From contig CAWASE010000014.1 of NCBI GenBank assembly GCA_963784675.1, positions 41,396 to 105,395 on the forward strand: DNA of 64,000 bases, written 5' to 3'. The notes under the pieces are model-generated. The model was not told where the DNA came from and made no database searches. It saw nothing but the letters and a program-made list of their open reading frames with translations. The position numbers and the translations under genes are program-made. The first letter of the stretch is position 1; every line of letters begins with the position of its first letter. Shown in pieces: positions 19,420-28,582 of the stretch. This DNA comes from an uncultured Actinomycetes bacterium (GTDB lineage: Bacteria; Actinomycetota; Actinomycetes; Mycobacteriales; SCTD01).

Positions 19420-19710
19420 TCAGGCCGGAGCCCGCTCCTTCAGGTGCAGCCGGTCTCCGACCCGGTGGTCCCGGGCCGACTCGAGAAGGTCGGCGGCGAA
19501 GTCGGTCCCGGCGCCGAGGACGACGAGCTCGGCGGCGTGCCGGTCGACCAGCAACGAGCGCACCAGCTCGTCGGCGAACGACGGCGTGCCCGACAGCAGG
19601 GCCCGGCAGTCGACGACGACGGCTGCGCCGTGCAGATCCAGGGGGACGTCGACCAGGAACGGCGCGACCGCGGGCCGCGTGCCGACGACGCGCGGCAGGG
19701 TGATCTCCAT
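19420..19710 (-). CDS. STAS-like protein (DUF4325-type)
   Basis: ATG 19710 is preceded by GGAGGAGG. The 96-aa product reads MEITLPRVVGTR ... VVVDCRALLSGTPSFADELVRSLLVDRHAAELVVLGAG, the S-F-x-D-E-L pattern of STAS-like DUF4325 proteins. Confidence 0.6.
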   Translation of the reverse strand: MEITLPRVVGTRPAVAPFLVDVPLDLHGAAVVVDCRALLSGTPSFADELVRSLLVDRHAAELVVLGAGTDFAADLLESARDHRVGDRLHLKERAPA

Positions 19711-19798
19711 CTGCAGTCGCCTCCTCCGGACCGGCGCGGGACGTCCACGAGCATCCGTCGCTGCCCAGTGTGCCACCGAAAGCCGGACCCGGACCAGC

Positions 19799-20608
19799 TC
19801 AGGACGTACCGATCGGCAGCGGGAAGCTGCCCTGCAGCAGGGTGCCCGACCACGAGCGCTCGGCCTCGCCGTGGGTGGAGGAGTCGCGCTGGACCGTCCG
19901 GAAGGCGGTGCCGGACAGCATGTGCAGCTGTCCGCCGAGCGAGGTGACGAGCGCCTTGGCCTTCTGCAGCCCGCGGCCGCGGCCGGGCAGCCCGGTGCGG
20001 CTCACGCCCCGTTCGAGCGTCCACTCGACCGCCTCTGCGTCGGACAGGCGTACGTGCGTCGCGAACCCGGCGGCCACCCCGTCGCCGGCGTCGCCGACGG
20101 CGAACTGCACCACGGTGTCGCCGACCGTGGTCTGCGCGGCGACGTAGCCCCAGTCGCGGCCGGAGTGCTCCGGCACGTTGGCGCCGATCTCCGCGACGCA
20201 CTGGTGCAGCGCGTCCGCCAGCGCCGGCACGGCCGCGGTGCGATCCAGCAGCATGAGGCCGAGCTCGTCGGGCTCGCGTGCTCCGGTGAACCGGGTCAGC
20301 TCGACCAGCCGGCTGCCGGCGTCGCGCTCGTCGACGGCGGGCAGGTCGTGCTCCTGACCGAGCGCCTCGAGCGTCAGACCCAGCCGCATCCTGGCCAGGT
20401 AGTGGGCGAGCTCGTCGTGCTCCGGGCGCAGCAGCAGCACGCTGCGACCGCCCGCGGCAGCGCGTTCGGCAAAGGCTGCCGCCGCGACCAGCCCGATCGG
20501 CTCGACCCACTCGGCGCGTCGCAGGTCGACCACGGCCCGGTGCTCGTCGGCCGCCGGGACCAGCGTCAGGTGCAGCTGTCCGGTGGACAGGCGCCCGCCG
20601 GCCCGCAC
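19799..20608 (-). CDS. GHKL (HATPase_c) ATP-binding protein with an unassigned 120-aa N-terminal region
   Basis: This is the C-terminal part of the 689-aa ORF; the start is GTG 20608 or CTG 20638. The N-box is AEIGANVPEH, G1 is VGDAGDG and G2 is GRGRGLQKA. There is no obvious H-box or DHp domain. Confidence 0.65.
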   Translation of the reverse strand: MRAGGRLSTGQLHLTLVPAADEHRAVVDLRRAEWVEPIGLVAAAAFAERAAAGGRSVLLLRPEHDELAHYLARMRLGLTLEALGQEHDLPAVDERDAGSRLVELTRFTGAREPDELGLMLLDRTAAVPALADALHQCVAEIGANVPEHSGRDWGYVAAQTTVGDTVVQFAVGDAGDGVAAGFATHVRLSDAEAVEWTLERGVSRTGLPGRGRGLQKAKALVTSLGGQLHMLSGTAFRTVQRDSSTHGEAERSWSGTLLQGSFPLPIGTS

Positions 20609-20634
20609 GACGAGATCGAGCGGGAGCGGCTCGC

Positions 20635-21412
20635 TCAGCGGGTGTTCACCACCTGGAAGCCCTCGGCCAGGCGCCCTTCCGCCAGCCCGCCGGCCGCTGC
20701 CGACGCCCCCAGCCAGGCGCGCAGCATGCCGTCCAGGTCGGGCATGTGGGCGGTCTGCGAGACGTGGGCCTGCAGCGCCGCGACCTTGCGGTCGTAGGTG
20801 TCGGTGACGTCGACCCAGCGGTTGGCCTGCGAGCCGCCGGCGGCCATCACCCACACCTCCGGCACCGTCCACGCCTCGTGCCCCTCGGCGGCGAGGTCCA
20901 GGTGCGCGAAGGGGTTGCGGGCGTCGGGGTAGACGGCAGCGATGGCGGCCTCGCCGGCAGCCAGGTGGTCGGGGTGCGAGGCGCCGATGCGCTCCCAGTT
21001 GCGTTCCGGCGACTGCATCACCAGGCGCTGCGGACGCTTCTGCCGGATGACGCGGGAGATGTCGCGCCGCAGCTCGATGCTGGCGGTCAGCCGACCGTCC
21101 GGGTAGCCGAGGAAGATCACGTCGTGCACGCCGACGGCCTCGCGCCGCGGCGCGCTGCTCGGCCTGGCGGATGCCGCCGATCTGGTCGCGGGGAACGGCC
21201 GGGTCGAAGCCGCCGGCGTCGCCGTCGGTGCAGATGCAGTACGACACCTCGATGCCCGCGGCGGTCCAGGCGGCGATGGTCCCGCCGGCGCCGAAGTCGA
21301 CGTCGTCGGGGTGGGCGACGACGACCAGCGCGCGCTCGACCTCGTCCTCGCGCAGCGCGGGACGCTCCCACGGGGGTCGCGAGGCGGTGGGCTCGCTGGT
21401 GCCGGACGTCAT
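20635..21412 (-). pseudogene. PIG-L/LmbE-family N-acetylglucosaminyl deacetylase, frameshifted (1 extra nt near 21140-21150)
   Basis: The N-terminal half (MTSGTSEP ... VVVAHPDDVDFGAGG ... IRQAEQRAAA) is in one frame. The C-terminal half (EAVGVHDVIFLGYPDGRL ... HPDH ...) is in the frame of ORF 20635..21129. The span is 778 nt, which is 3n+1. Confidence 0.8.
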
Positions 21413-21608
21413 CGTGCTCCTCCCGCGGGTGGCGCCTCCACCCACGGCGACCATCCTGCCCGCTCCCGCCGACGACGGCTCGGCAGGCCGGCGGGTGGCG
21501 GGCGCGTGAACAGTGCCCCAACGCAACCGCGAGCAGCCGCACGACGCCCTACGGTGGCGGCCGAGAGCCGCCGGTCGAGGAACCGCGGACCGTCCCGGGG
21601 GTGTCTGC

Positions 21609-22214
21609 GTGCCTGTTCCTGTCCAACCTCGTCGGGCGACGACGCGCCTGGCCGCGTCGTCGCTGCTGCTGGTGGTCGCGGCCACCGGGTGCGCCGTCGC
21701 CGACGCCTCCGGGCGGCCGGCCGCAGCCCCTGCAGCGGTCCGGGCCGACCAGGCGCCGCCCGACCTCGCCGGCCACCAGCTCGACGCGCCGCACGCCCAG
21801 CGGGTGCTCGTCGCCGGCGACCGCGCCGAGGTCCGTGTGCCTGGCGGCACCGTGCTCGTCCGGGTCACCGGGCCGGCGTTGGTCGAGCTGCCGGAGTTCG
21901 CGCCGACCGTGCCCCGTCGGCCGGCGCGCTACCTGGCGACCTTCGGGCTGGAGATCACCGGGCTCACCGGTCGGGTCCTGCTGTCGACCGACGACTTCCG
22001 GCTGCTCGACCTGACCGACCAGACCGGCACCGACGCCCCCGTGCCGCACGCCGTCGCCCCGGCGACGGCGACGCTGTCGGCGGCGTCCGTCACGACGGGA
22101 CAGACGGTGACCGGCAGCTGGACGGCGCCCTTCACCGAGGGCCACGGCGAGCTCCTGTATGCCCCCGTGGGCGAGCAGCCGCTAGCGCTGTGGGACTTCC
22201 GGGCGGAGAAGTGA
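21609..22214 (+). CDS. Putative lipoprotein of unknown function
   Basis: This lies inside ORF 21513..22214. It has the signal RRATTRLAASSLLLVVAATGC, which ends in a lipobox-like Cys. The start (GTG 21609) is tentative. Confidence 0.55.
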   Translation: MPVPVQPRRATTRLAASSLLLVVAATGCAVADASGRPAAAPAAVRADQAPPDLAGHQLDAPHAQRVLVAGDRAEVRVPGGTVLVRVTGPALVELPEFAPTVPRRPARYLATFGLEITGLTGRVLLSTDDFRLLDLTDQTGTDAPVPHAVAPATATLSAASVTTGQTVTGSWTAPFTEGHGELLYAPVGEQPLALWDFRAEK

Positions 22215-23646
22215 GGCGACCTCGCGCGGTGCTCGCCGCGCTGGCCCTGCTGGCGGCGGCACTGCCGGCGGCGCTGTCGACCGCCTCCGCCGCGACCGCC
22301 GCCGCGGGGCCGCCGGCGGTCAAGCACGTCTGGGTCATCGAGCTGGAGAACAAGTCCTACGACGCCGCGTTCGTCCAGAACAGCAACACCTACCTCTACA
22401 CGACGCTCCCGAGCCAGGGGGTGCTCCTGCGCCAGTACTACGGCATCGGGCACTTCAGCCTGGACAACTACCTCGCCGAGCTGTCCGGCCAGGCGCCGAA
22501 CCCGGTGACCCAGTCCGACTGCCAGCTGTATCAGGACTTCGTCCCGGGCGCCGAGTCCGCCCTCGGCGGCGGGCAGGTCGTCGGGCAGGGCTGCGTCTAC
22601 CCGGCAGCGGTGCAAGACGCTCGTGCGACCAGCTCGAGGAGAAGGGTCTGTCCTGGAAGGGGTACATGCAGGACATGGGCCTGGACCCGGCGCGCGAGCA
22701 GGCGCTGTGCGGCCGGCCGGTGCAGAACGGCGCTCCGGTCGACCCGAGCGCGAACGGCGGGCTCGGCGGCCAGGACGGTACGCAGGCCGCGACCGCCACC
22801 GACCAGTACGCCGCCCGGCACAACCCGTTCCTGTACTTCCACTCCGTCATCGACGACCAGGCGCGCTGCAAGGCTCACGTCGTCCCGCTGGAGCAGCAGA
22901 CGACCGGCGAGGCTGCGGGAGTCGCCGATCTCGCCACCGACCTGCGCAGCGCCGCGACGACGCCGGCGTTCTCCTTCCTCACCCCCAACCTCTGCGACGA
23001 CGCTCACGACGCGACCTGTGCCGGGACGAACTACGGCGGCAAGGACCACCAGGGCGGCCTGTTCGCCGCCGACCTGTTCCTGCGGCACTTCGTCCCGCTG
23101 ATCCAGGCCTCGCCCGCCTACGCCGACGGCGGCATGATCATCGTGACGCTCGACGAGTCGGGCGACATCGGGACGCCGGCCGGAGCGACAGCCTGCTGCG
23201 GCGAGCCGACCGGCCCCAACACCGCTGCGCCCGGTCAGGTGGGTCCGGGCGGCGGCCGGATCGGCACCGTGATCCTGTCGCCGTTCACCACCCCGAACAC
23301 CGTGAGCGACGTTCCCTACAACCACTACTCGATGCTGCGCAGCCTGGAGGACGTCTTCCGCATCGGCGCCACCGCTGCCATCCCCGGCAGCGACGGCGCA
23401 GGCCACCTCGGCTACGCGGGCCTGGACGGGCTCGTGCCGTTCGGGGCCGACGTCTACTCCCGGGCGACCGCCACCGCAGCGCCGGTGGGGGCTGCTCCCG
23501 GGGCGGTGGTCCCTGCGGCACCGCGGGAGGCGACGGGCACGCCGTCGCGGCTGCCTGCCACCGGTGGCGCGGCAGGGCTCGCCGCGCTCGCGCTGGTCCT
23601 GCTGGCAGGCGGCGCTCTCGCGGTCCGACGACGGGCACCCTCCTAG
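22211..23646 (+). pseudogene. Phosphoesterase-family protein (PLC/AcpA-type), LPXTG-anchored, frameshifted near 22610-22630
   Basis: The N-terminal part (VRRPRAVLAALALLAA ... VWVIELENKSYD ... HFSLDNYLAELSGQAPN ... GCVYPAAV) is in the frame of ORF 21311..23101. The rest (DQLEEKGLSWKGYMQDMG ... ARHNPFLYFHS ... TPNLCDDAHD ... LPATGG-TM-RRR) is in the frame of ORF 22666..23646. The span is 1436 nt, which is 3n-1. Confidence 0.8.
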
Positions 23647-23719
23647 GCGAAGAGCACGCGAGGTCGCGGCGTCGTCCGTCGCCCGGCCGGTGTCGGTGGC
23701 CGAACCTAGACTGGAGCAG

Positions 23720-26119
23720 GTGACCCCGCGCCCCGCCGACGACGCCCTCGGGGGTGCCGTTGCGGCCCACCAGAGCCTGTTCGGCGACGACGACCCCTAC
23801 GCGCCCGCCGTCCTCGCGCCCTCCCGCGCGGAGCGGGGCGGCCGCGCGCAGCGGCTGCTGGAGGGGCTGAACCCGCAGCAGCGCGAGGCGGTCGTGCACG
23901 AGGGCGGACCGCTGCTGATCCTCGCCGGGGCCGGTTCGGGCAAGACCAAGGCGCTGACCACGCGCGTCGCCTACCTGCTCGCGGCCCGGGACGTGCAGCC
24001 GGGCGAGGTCCTGGCGATCACCTTCACCAACAAGGCCGCTGCCGAGATGCGCGAACGGGTCGCCGCCATGGTCGGCGGCCGAGCTCGGGCGATGTGGGTG
24101 CTCACCTTCCACTCCGCCTGCGTGCGGATCCTGCGGGCCGAGGCGAAGAAGCTCGGGTTCACCAGCCAGTTCTCCATCTACGACTCCGCCGACAGCCAGC
24201 GCCTGATGACCTTGGTCTGCCGCGACCTGGACCTCGACAGCAAGCGCTTCCCGCCGCGCGCGATGAGCAACCAGATCAGCGACCTGAAGAACGAGCTGAT
24301 CGATGCCGAGACCGCTCGCGACCGCGCCGAGACGGTGCAGGACAAGCAGGTCGCTGAGATCTACGCCAGCTACCAGGCCCGGCTGAGGCAGGCGAACGCG
24401 CTCGACTTCGACGACCTGATCATGACCACCGTCGACCTGTTCCAGGCCTTCCCCGACGTCGCGGAGCACTACCGGCGCCGCTTCCGGCACGTGCTCGTCG
24501 ACGAGTACCAGGACACCAACCACGCGCAGTACGTGCTGGTCCGCGAGCTGGTCGGCAAGCCGGTCGGACGCGCCCGGCGCGGCGAGGGTTCGCTGGTGCC
24601 GCAGGTGGAGGCCGGTCCGGTGCCGCCCGCCGAGCTGTGCGTCGTCGGCGATGCCGACCAGTCGATCTACGCCTTCCGCGGCGCCGACATCCGCAACATC
24701 GAAGACTTCGAGACCGACTACCCCGACGCGACCACCGTCCTGCTGGAGCAGAACTACCGCAGCACCCAGACGATCCTGTCGGCCGCCAACGCCGTGATCG
24801 CCCGCAACCCTGGTCGCAAGGACAAGCGCCTGTGGACCGACGCGGGCGACGGCGAGCGGATCGTCGGCTACGTCGCCGACAACGAGCACGACGAGGCGGC
24901 GTTCGTCGCCGGTGAGGTCGACCGGCTGGGTGACGCCCACGGCCTCAAGCCGTGGCAGGTGGCGGTCTTCTACCGGACCAACGCCCAGTCCCGCGTGTTC
25001 GAGGAGGTGTTCATCCGCGTCGGGCTGCCCTACAAGGTGGTCGGCGGGGTGCGCTTCTACGAGCGGAAGGAGGTGCGCGACGCCCTGGCCTACCTGCGGG
25101 TGCTCGCCAACCCCACCGACCTCGTCAGCCTGCGGCGGATCCTCAACACCCCCCGCCGGGGTATCGGCGACAAGGCCGAGGAGTGCCTGAGCCACTTCGC
25201 CGAACGCGAGCGCATCGGTTTCGGCGAGGCGCTGCGCCGGTGCGACGAGATCACGACGCTGGCACCGCGCAGTGCCAAGGCCGTCCGCGAGTTCGCCGAC
25301 CTGCTGGACGAGATGCGCGCGCTGGTCGTCGGTGGCATGCCGCCCGCCGAGGTGCTGGAAGCCGTGCTCGACCGCACCGGCTATCTCGCTGAGCTGGCGA
25401 CCAGCGTCGACCCGCAGGACGAGAGCCGGGTGGAGAACCTCTCCGAGCTGGTCGGGGTCGCCCGCGAGTTCAGCGAGCGGGTGCCCGACGGCGGGGTCAC
25501 CGAGTTCATGGAGCAGGTGTCGCTGGTCGCCGATGCCGACCAGATCCCCGATCCGGACGGCGAGTCCGACGGCGTGGTCACGCTCATGACGCTGCACGCC
25601 GCGAAGGGGCTGGAGTACCCGGTGGTGTTCCTGACCGGGCTGGAGGACGGCGTCTTTCCGCACCTTCGGACGCTGGGTGACGAGCGCGAGCTGGCGGAGG
25701 AGCGTCGGCTGGCGTACGTCGGCATCACCCGCGCCCGCGAGCGGCTGTACCTGTCGCGGGCGCACCTGCGCAGCGCCTGGGGGCAGACGTCCTACAACCC
25801 GCCGTCGCGCTTCCTGGACGAGATCCCGGAGCCGCTGCTGGACTGGCAGCGCTCCGCCTCCAGCCTGTCGACGACCTCCGCCCTGACCCGCGCGGCCGAC
25901 ACCGTCCGCGGCACGCCGCGCGGGCGGACGGCGGGTCCCGGGCTGCGCCCGATCCCGAACCTGGAGGTCGGCGACCGGGTCAACCACGACGCCTTCGGTC
26001 TCGGCCGGGTCACCGCCACCCGTGGCGCCGGCGACAGCACCCAGGCCGAGGTCGACTTCGGAGGCGGCACCGGCAGCAAGTGGCTGCTGCTGCGCTACGC
26101 GCCGCTGGAGAAGCTGTAG
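23720..26119 (+). CDS. pcrA: ATP-dependent DNA helicase PcrA/UvrD (SF1)
   Basis: This lies inside the 851-aa ORF. Motifs are AGAGSGKT (Walker A), DEYQDTN (motif II), QNYRST and TLHAAKGLEYPVVF. The start (GTG 23720) is tentative. Confidence 0.92.
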   Translation: MTPRPADDALGGAVAAHQSLFGDDDPYAPAVLAPSRAERGGRAQRLLEGLNPQQREAVVHEGGPLLILAGAGSGKTKALTTRVAYLLAARDVQPGEVLAITFTNKAAAEMRERVAAMVGGRARAMWVLTFHSACVRILRAEAKKLGFTSQFSIYDSADSQRLMTLVCRDLDLDSKRFPPRAMSNQISDLKNELIDAETARDRAETVQDKQVAEIYASYQARLRQANALDFDDLIMTTVDLFQAFPDVAEHYRRRFRHVLVDEYQDTNHAQYVLVRELVGKPVGRARRGEGSLVPQVEAGPVPPAELCVVGDADQSIYAFRGADIRNIEDFETDYPDATTVLLEQNYRSTQTILSAANAVIARNPGRKDKRLWTDAGDGERIVGYVADNEHDEAAFVAGEVDRLGDAHGLKPWQVAVFYRTNAQSRVFEEVFIRVGLPYKVVGGVRFYERKEVRDALAYLRVLANPTDLVSLRRILNTPRRGIGDKAEECLSHFAERERIGFGEALRRCDEITTLAPRSAKAVREFADLLDEMRALVVGGMPPAEVLEAVLDRTGYLAELATSVDPQDESRVENLSELVGVAREFSERVPDGGVTEFMEQVSLVADADQIPDPDGESDGVVTLMTLHAAKGLEYPVVFLTGLEDGVFPHLRTLGDERELAEERRLAYVGITRARERLYLSRAHLRSAWGQTSYNPPSRFLDEIPEPLLDWQRSASSLSTTSALTRAADTVRGTPRGRTAGPGLRPIPNLEVGDRVNHDAFGLGRVTATRGAGDSTQAEVDFGGGTGSKWLLLRYAPLEKL

Positions 26120-26136
26120 GCGCCGGTCTTTCTCCC

Positions 26137-26181
26137 CACTTGTGACGGATGCTTGACACAAGTGCTGGCGGCTCCGACACT
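26137..26181 (+). promoter_or_regulatory. Candidate promoter overlapped by an 8-bp inverted repeat (possible GntR operator)
   Basis: CACTTGTG-N12-CACAAGTG spans 26137-26164. TTGACA (26153-58) is followed by a 17-nt spacer and GACACT (26176-81), in a locally AT-richer patch just upstream of ATG 26219. Confidence 0.35.
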
Positions 26182-26218
26182 CGCAAGGGTTGTCGGCAGC
26201 GGACGCGGGGGGGTCTGG

Positions 26219-27577
26219 ATGTTCCTCCCTCTCGTCGTGGCCGCTGGGCTCGGACTGGTCCTGGTGGCGTTCGCCGGTCTTCTTGCCGGTACTGGTCGCC
26301 CGCGCGCCGGCTCGACCCCGGACTCCGCCGTCCTCGTCGCCGCCCGTCGTCACGCGGCGCGTTGGCGAGGCATCGGCGCGGTGACCGCGATCGCCGTGCC
26401 GCTGGCGCTGGTGCTCAGCCCCGTCCGCCTGTCGTGGCCCGTCGGGTCGACGTCGGGGCTCGGTCGCGGACCCGCGCTGCTGCCGTCGCTGGCCGCGGCG
26501 CTGCTGCTGACGTGCGTGGTCGTCGGGGAGCTGACGGCGCCGACCCCGCGGAGCGTGCAGCGCACCGCCGACCTGCGTACCCGTCGGGTGCGCGACGTCG
26601 TGCCGGCGGGCTGGGCCTGGCTGGTCGGTGGCGGCGGGGTCGCCCTGGTGGTGACGCTGGCCGTCGGCGTGTCGCTGGGGTCGGCGGACGACCTCGGCCG
26701 GCCCGGTCGGGCCCTGCTGGCCCGCTGCACGGGAGCCACCGCCGGGCAGACGAGCACCGTCGGCCCGTGGCCCGGCTCCTTCTACGCGCTGCCGTTGGCG
26801 CTGGCCTCGCTGGGCGGTGTGCTGCTGGCCTGGTGGGCCCTGCGGGTGGTGGTGCGCCGTCCACGTCCGGACCTGCTGTCCGCGGAGCAGGACGCCGACG
26901 TGCGGCGGGAGTCGGGACGCCAGGTCGCCCTCGGTCTCGGGGTGCTGCTGCTGGGTACCGTGGCGCCCGTCGCGGCTGTCGCCGCCGCAGGTCTGGGCCG
27001 CAACGACTGCGGACCGTCGTGGTGGGGCTGGTCGGCGGCCGGCTTCGGCGGCGTCGCGCTGCTGGGCTCCGCCGCGACGGCGGTCTGCCTGGCGGCCCTG
27101 CTCCGTGGACCCGTCGTGGGCCGACAGGAGCGGTGTGCCGCCAGGCGCCGGCAGGTGAGCGTCGCCCTGACGGTCGACCTCGCTGATCCCACCCCGCCCT
27201 TCGAGCAGCTCCGACGGCAGCTCGCGCTGCTGATCGAGACCGGTCAGCTGGCACCGGACAGCCGCCTGCCGCCGCTGCGGCTGCTGGCCGGCGACCTCGG
27301 CCTGGCGGTCGGCACGGTGGCCCGCAGCTACCGCGAGCTGGAGGCAGCGGGGCTGGTGCGCTCGCGTCGGGGCGGCGGCACCCGCGTCGCTGCGGGCGCC
27401 GTCGACCCGTCCGAGGTGTCCCGGCGGCTGGAACGGGCCGCGGCAGAGTTCGCGGCGCAGGTGCGCGCGCTCGGGGTCACGCCGGAGCAGGCCCGGCGGG
27501 CCGCAGCTCAGGCGCTCGCCGACGGCACGGGCGCAGGCTCGGCCCGGGTCGGCGAACCGGCTCCGAGCAGCAGCTGA
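26219..27577 (+). CDS. Polytopic membrane domain continuous in frame with a C-terminal GntR-type winged-HTH (fusion, or two genes merged by an indel)
   Basis: ORF 26153..27577. The first ~310 aa are hydrophobic with about 6 TM helices. The last ~140 aa read PFEQLRRQLALLIETGQLAPDSRLPPLRLLAGDLGLAVGTVARSYRELEAAGLVRSRRGGGTRV, a YtrA-like GntR HTH. An internal GTG at 27155 sits in a GTGA context. Confidence 0.6.
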   Translation: MFLPLVVAAGLGLVLVAFAGLLAGTGRPRAGSTPDSAVLVAARRHAARWRGIGAVTAIAVPLALVLSPVRLSWPVGSTSGLGRGPALLPSLAAALLLTCVVVGELTAPTPRSVQRTADLRTRRVRDVVPAGWAWLVGGGGVALVVTLAVGVSLGSADDLGRPGRALLARCTGATAGQTSTVGPWPGSFYALPLALASLGGVLLAWWALRVVVRRPRPDLLSAEQDADVRRESGRQVALGLGVLLLGTVAPVAAVAAAGLGRNDCGPSWWGWSAAGFGGVALLGSAATAVCLAALLRGPVVGRQERCAARRRQVSVALTVDLADPTPPFEQLRRQLALLIETGQLAPDSRLPPLRLLAGDLGLAVGTVARSYRELEAAGLVRSRRGGGTRVAAGAVDPSEVSRRLERAAAEFAAQVRALGVTPEQARRAAAQALADGTGAGSARVGEPAPSSS

Positions 27578-27631
27578 GCCAGGTCAGGGCCGTGCCGGCA
27601 GACCCGGTCGAGCGTCGGGGGAGAGCAGACC

Positions 27632-28459
27632 TCAGACCGTGATGCCGCGCGCGGTGAGCCAGGGGATCGGGTTGATCGGCACGCCGTTGATCCGGATCTC
27701 GAAGTGCAGGTGCGGTCCGGTCGAGTGGCCGGTGTTGCCCTCACGACCGATCAGGTCGCCGGCCTGCACCCGCTGGCCCGCGCTGGCCAGGATCGCGCTC
27801 ATGTGCGCATAGACGCTGACCGTGCCGTCCTCGTGGGTGATGCGGACCGCGCGGCCGTAGCCGCCTTCTGAACGGGCTGACAGCACGGTGCCGTCCGCGA
27901 CGGCGCGCACGGGCGAACCGATGCCGGAGGCGAGGTCGATGCCGGCGTGCAGCCGGCCCCAGCGACGGCCGAAACCGGAGGTGAGGCGGCCGATACCGGG
28001 GCGGACGAAGTCGGCGCGCCCGAGCGAGGCCGACGAGCTGCGGTCCCGTGAGGCGCGGCCGCTCTCGCGGGTCGGCGAGGGCGACGGTGCGGGGGAGGGG
28101 CTGTTGGCGACCGCGAGCCCGGCAGCCAGCGTCGTGCCCAGCGCGACGTTGGCCTCGGCGGGCACCTCCGTCAGCGGCTCGACGGTGACCTCGTCGCGCG
28201 CGGGCAGCGCGACCGGCGCCAGAGCGGCCGCGGCGGTCACGCGCGGCGCCACGGTCTCCGCGGACGCGGGCATGACGGCCATGCCGCCGAAGGCGACGGC
28301 GGCCACCGCGAGCAGGGTCCCCGGCAGCACCGTGGCGCGGGGGTTGCGGCGTGCAGCGTGACGCGGTCGAGCCGGCAGCGAGGGCAAGGGGGAACCACTC
28401 CGTCGTCGAGGGTCAAGGACAGCCGGAACCCGCTGGGGGTCGGCGACATCAGCGGGCAC
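27632..28459 (-). CDS. M23-family metallopeptidase (LytM-like cell-wall hydrolase)
   Basis: 275 aa with a signal/TM segment. Motifs are HAGIDLA, GGYGRAVRITHEDG, NTGHSTGPHLHFEIRING (HxH). Confidence 0.9.
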   Translation of the reverse strand: MPADVADPQRVPAVLDPRRRSGSPLPSLPARPRHAARRNPRATVLPGTLLAVAAVAFGGMAVMPASAETVAPRVTAAAALAPVALPARDEVTVEPLTEVPAEANVALGTTLAAGLAVANSPSPAPSPSPTRESGRASRDRSSSASLGRADFVRPGIGRLTSGFGRRWGRLHAGIDLASGIGSPVRAVADGTVLSARSEGGYGRAVRITHEDGTVSVYAHMSAILASAGQRVQAGDLIGREGNTGHSTGPHLHFEIRINGVPINPIPWLTARGITV

Positions 28460-28491
28460 CCGGACGTCGATCTCCGGGAGCCGTTACCGCG

Positions 28492-28520
28492 ACGTTATCG
28501 CGGCCGCACGAATGACGCAA
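28492..28520 (-). promoter_or_regulatory. Candidate sigma-70-type promoter for the M23 peptidase gene
   Basis: The minus strand reads TTGCGT (28520-28515), a 17-nt spacer, then TAACGT (28497-28492), about 35 nt upstream of GTG 28459. A palindrome CCGCGA-cgtta-TCGCGG (28487-28503) overlaps the -10 element. Confidence 0.3.
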
Positions 28521-28582
28521 AGCTGTCCACAAACCGTCATGTGGAGGTTGACCGTCGGCGCCGGGTGTGCGTCCTGGTGGCG

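Noticed and set aside
18657-21412. Whether the small membrane genes, the ATPase/STAS pair and the broken deacetylase form a horizontally acquired island.
   Set aside because: There is no integrase, tRNA or flanking direct repeats, and by eye no change in GC content or third-position GC bias relative to the neighbours. I did not compute these values.
28460-28582. Possible cyclic-di-AMP (ydaO-type) riboswitch upstream of the M23 cell-wall hydrolase.
   Set aside because: The intergenic space is only ~120 nt, with a probable promoter ~35 nt from the start codon. That is too short for the >100-nt ydaO fold, and no conserved motif was recognised.
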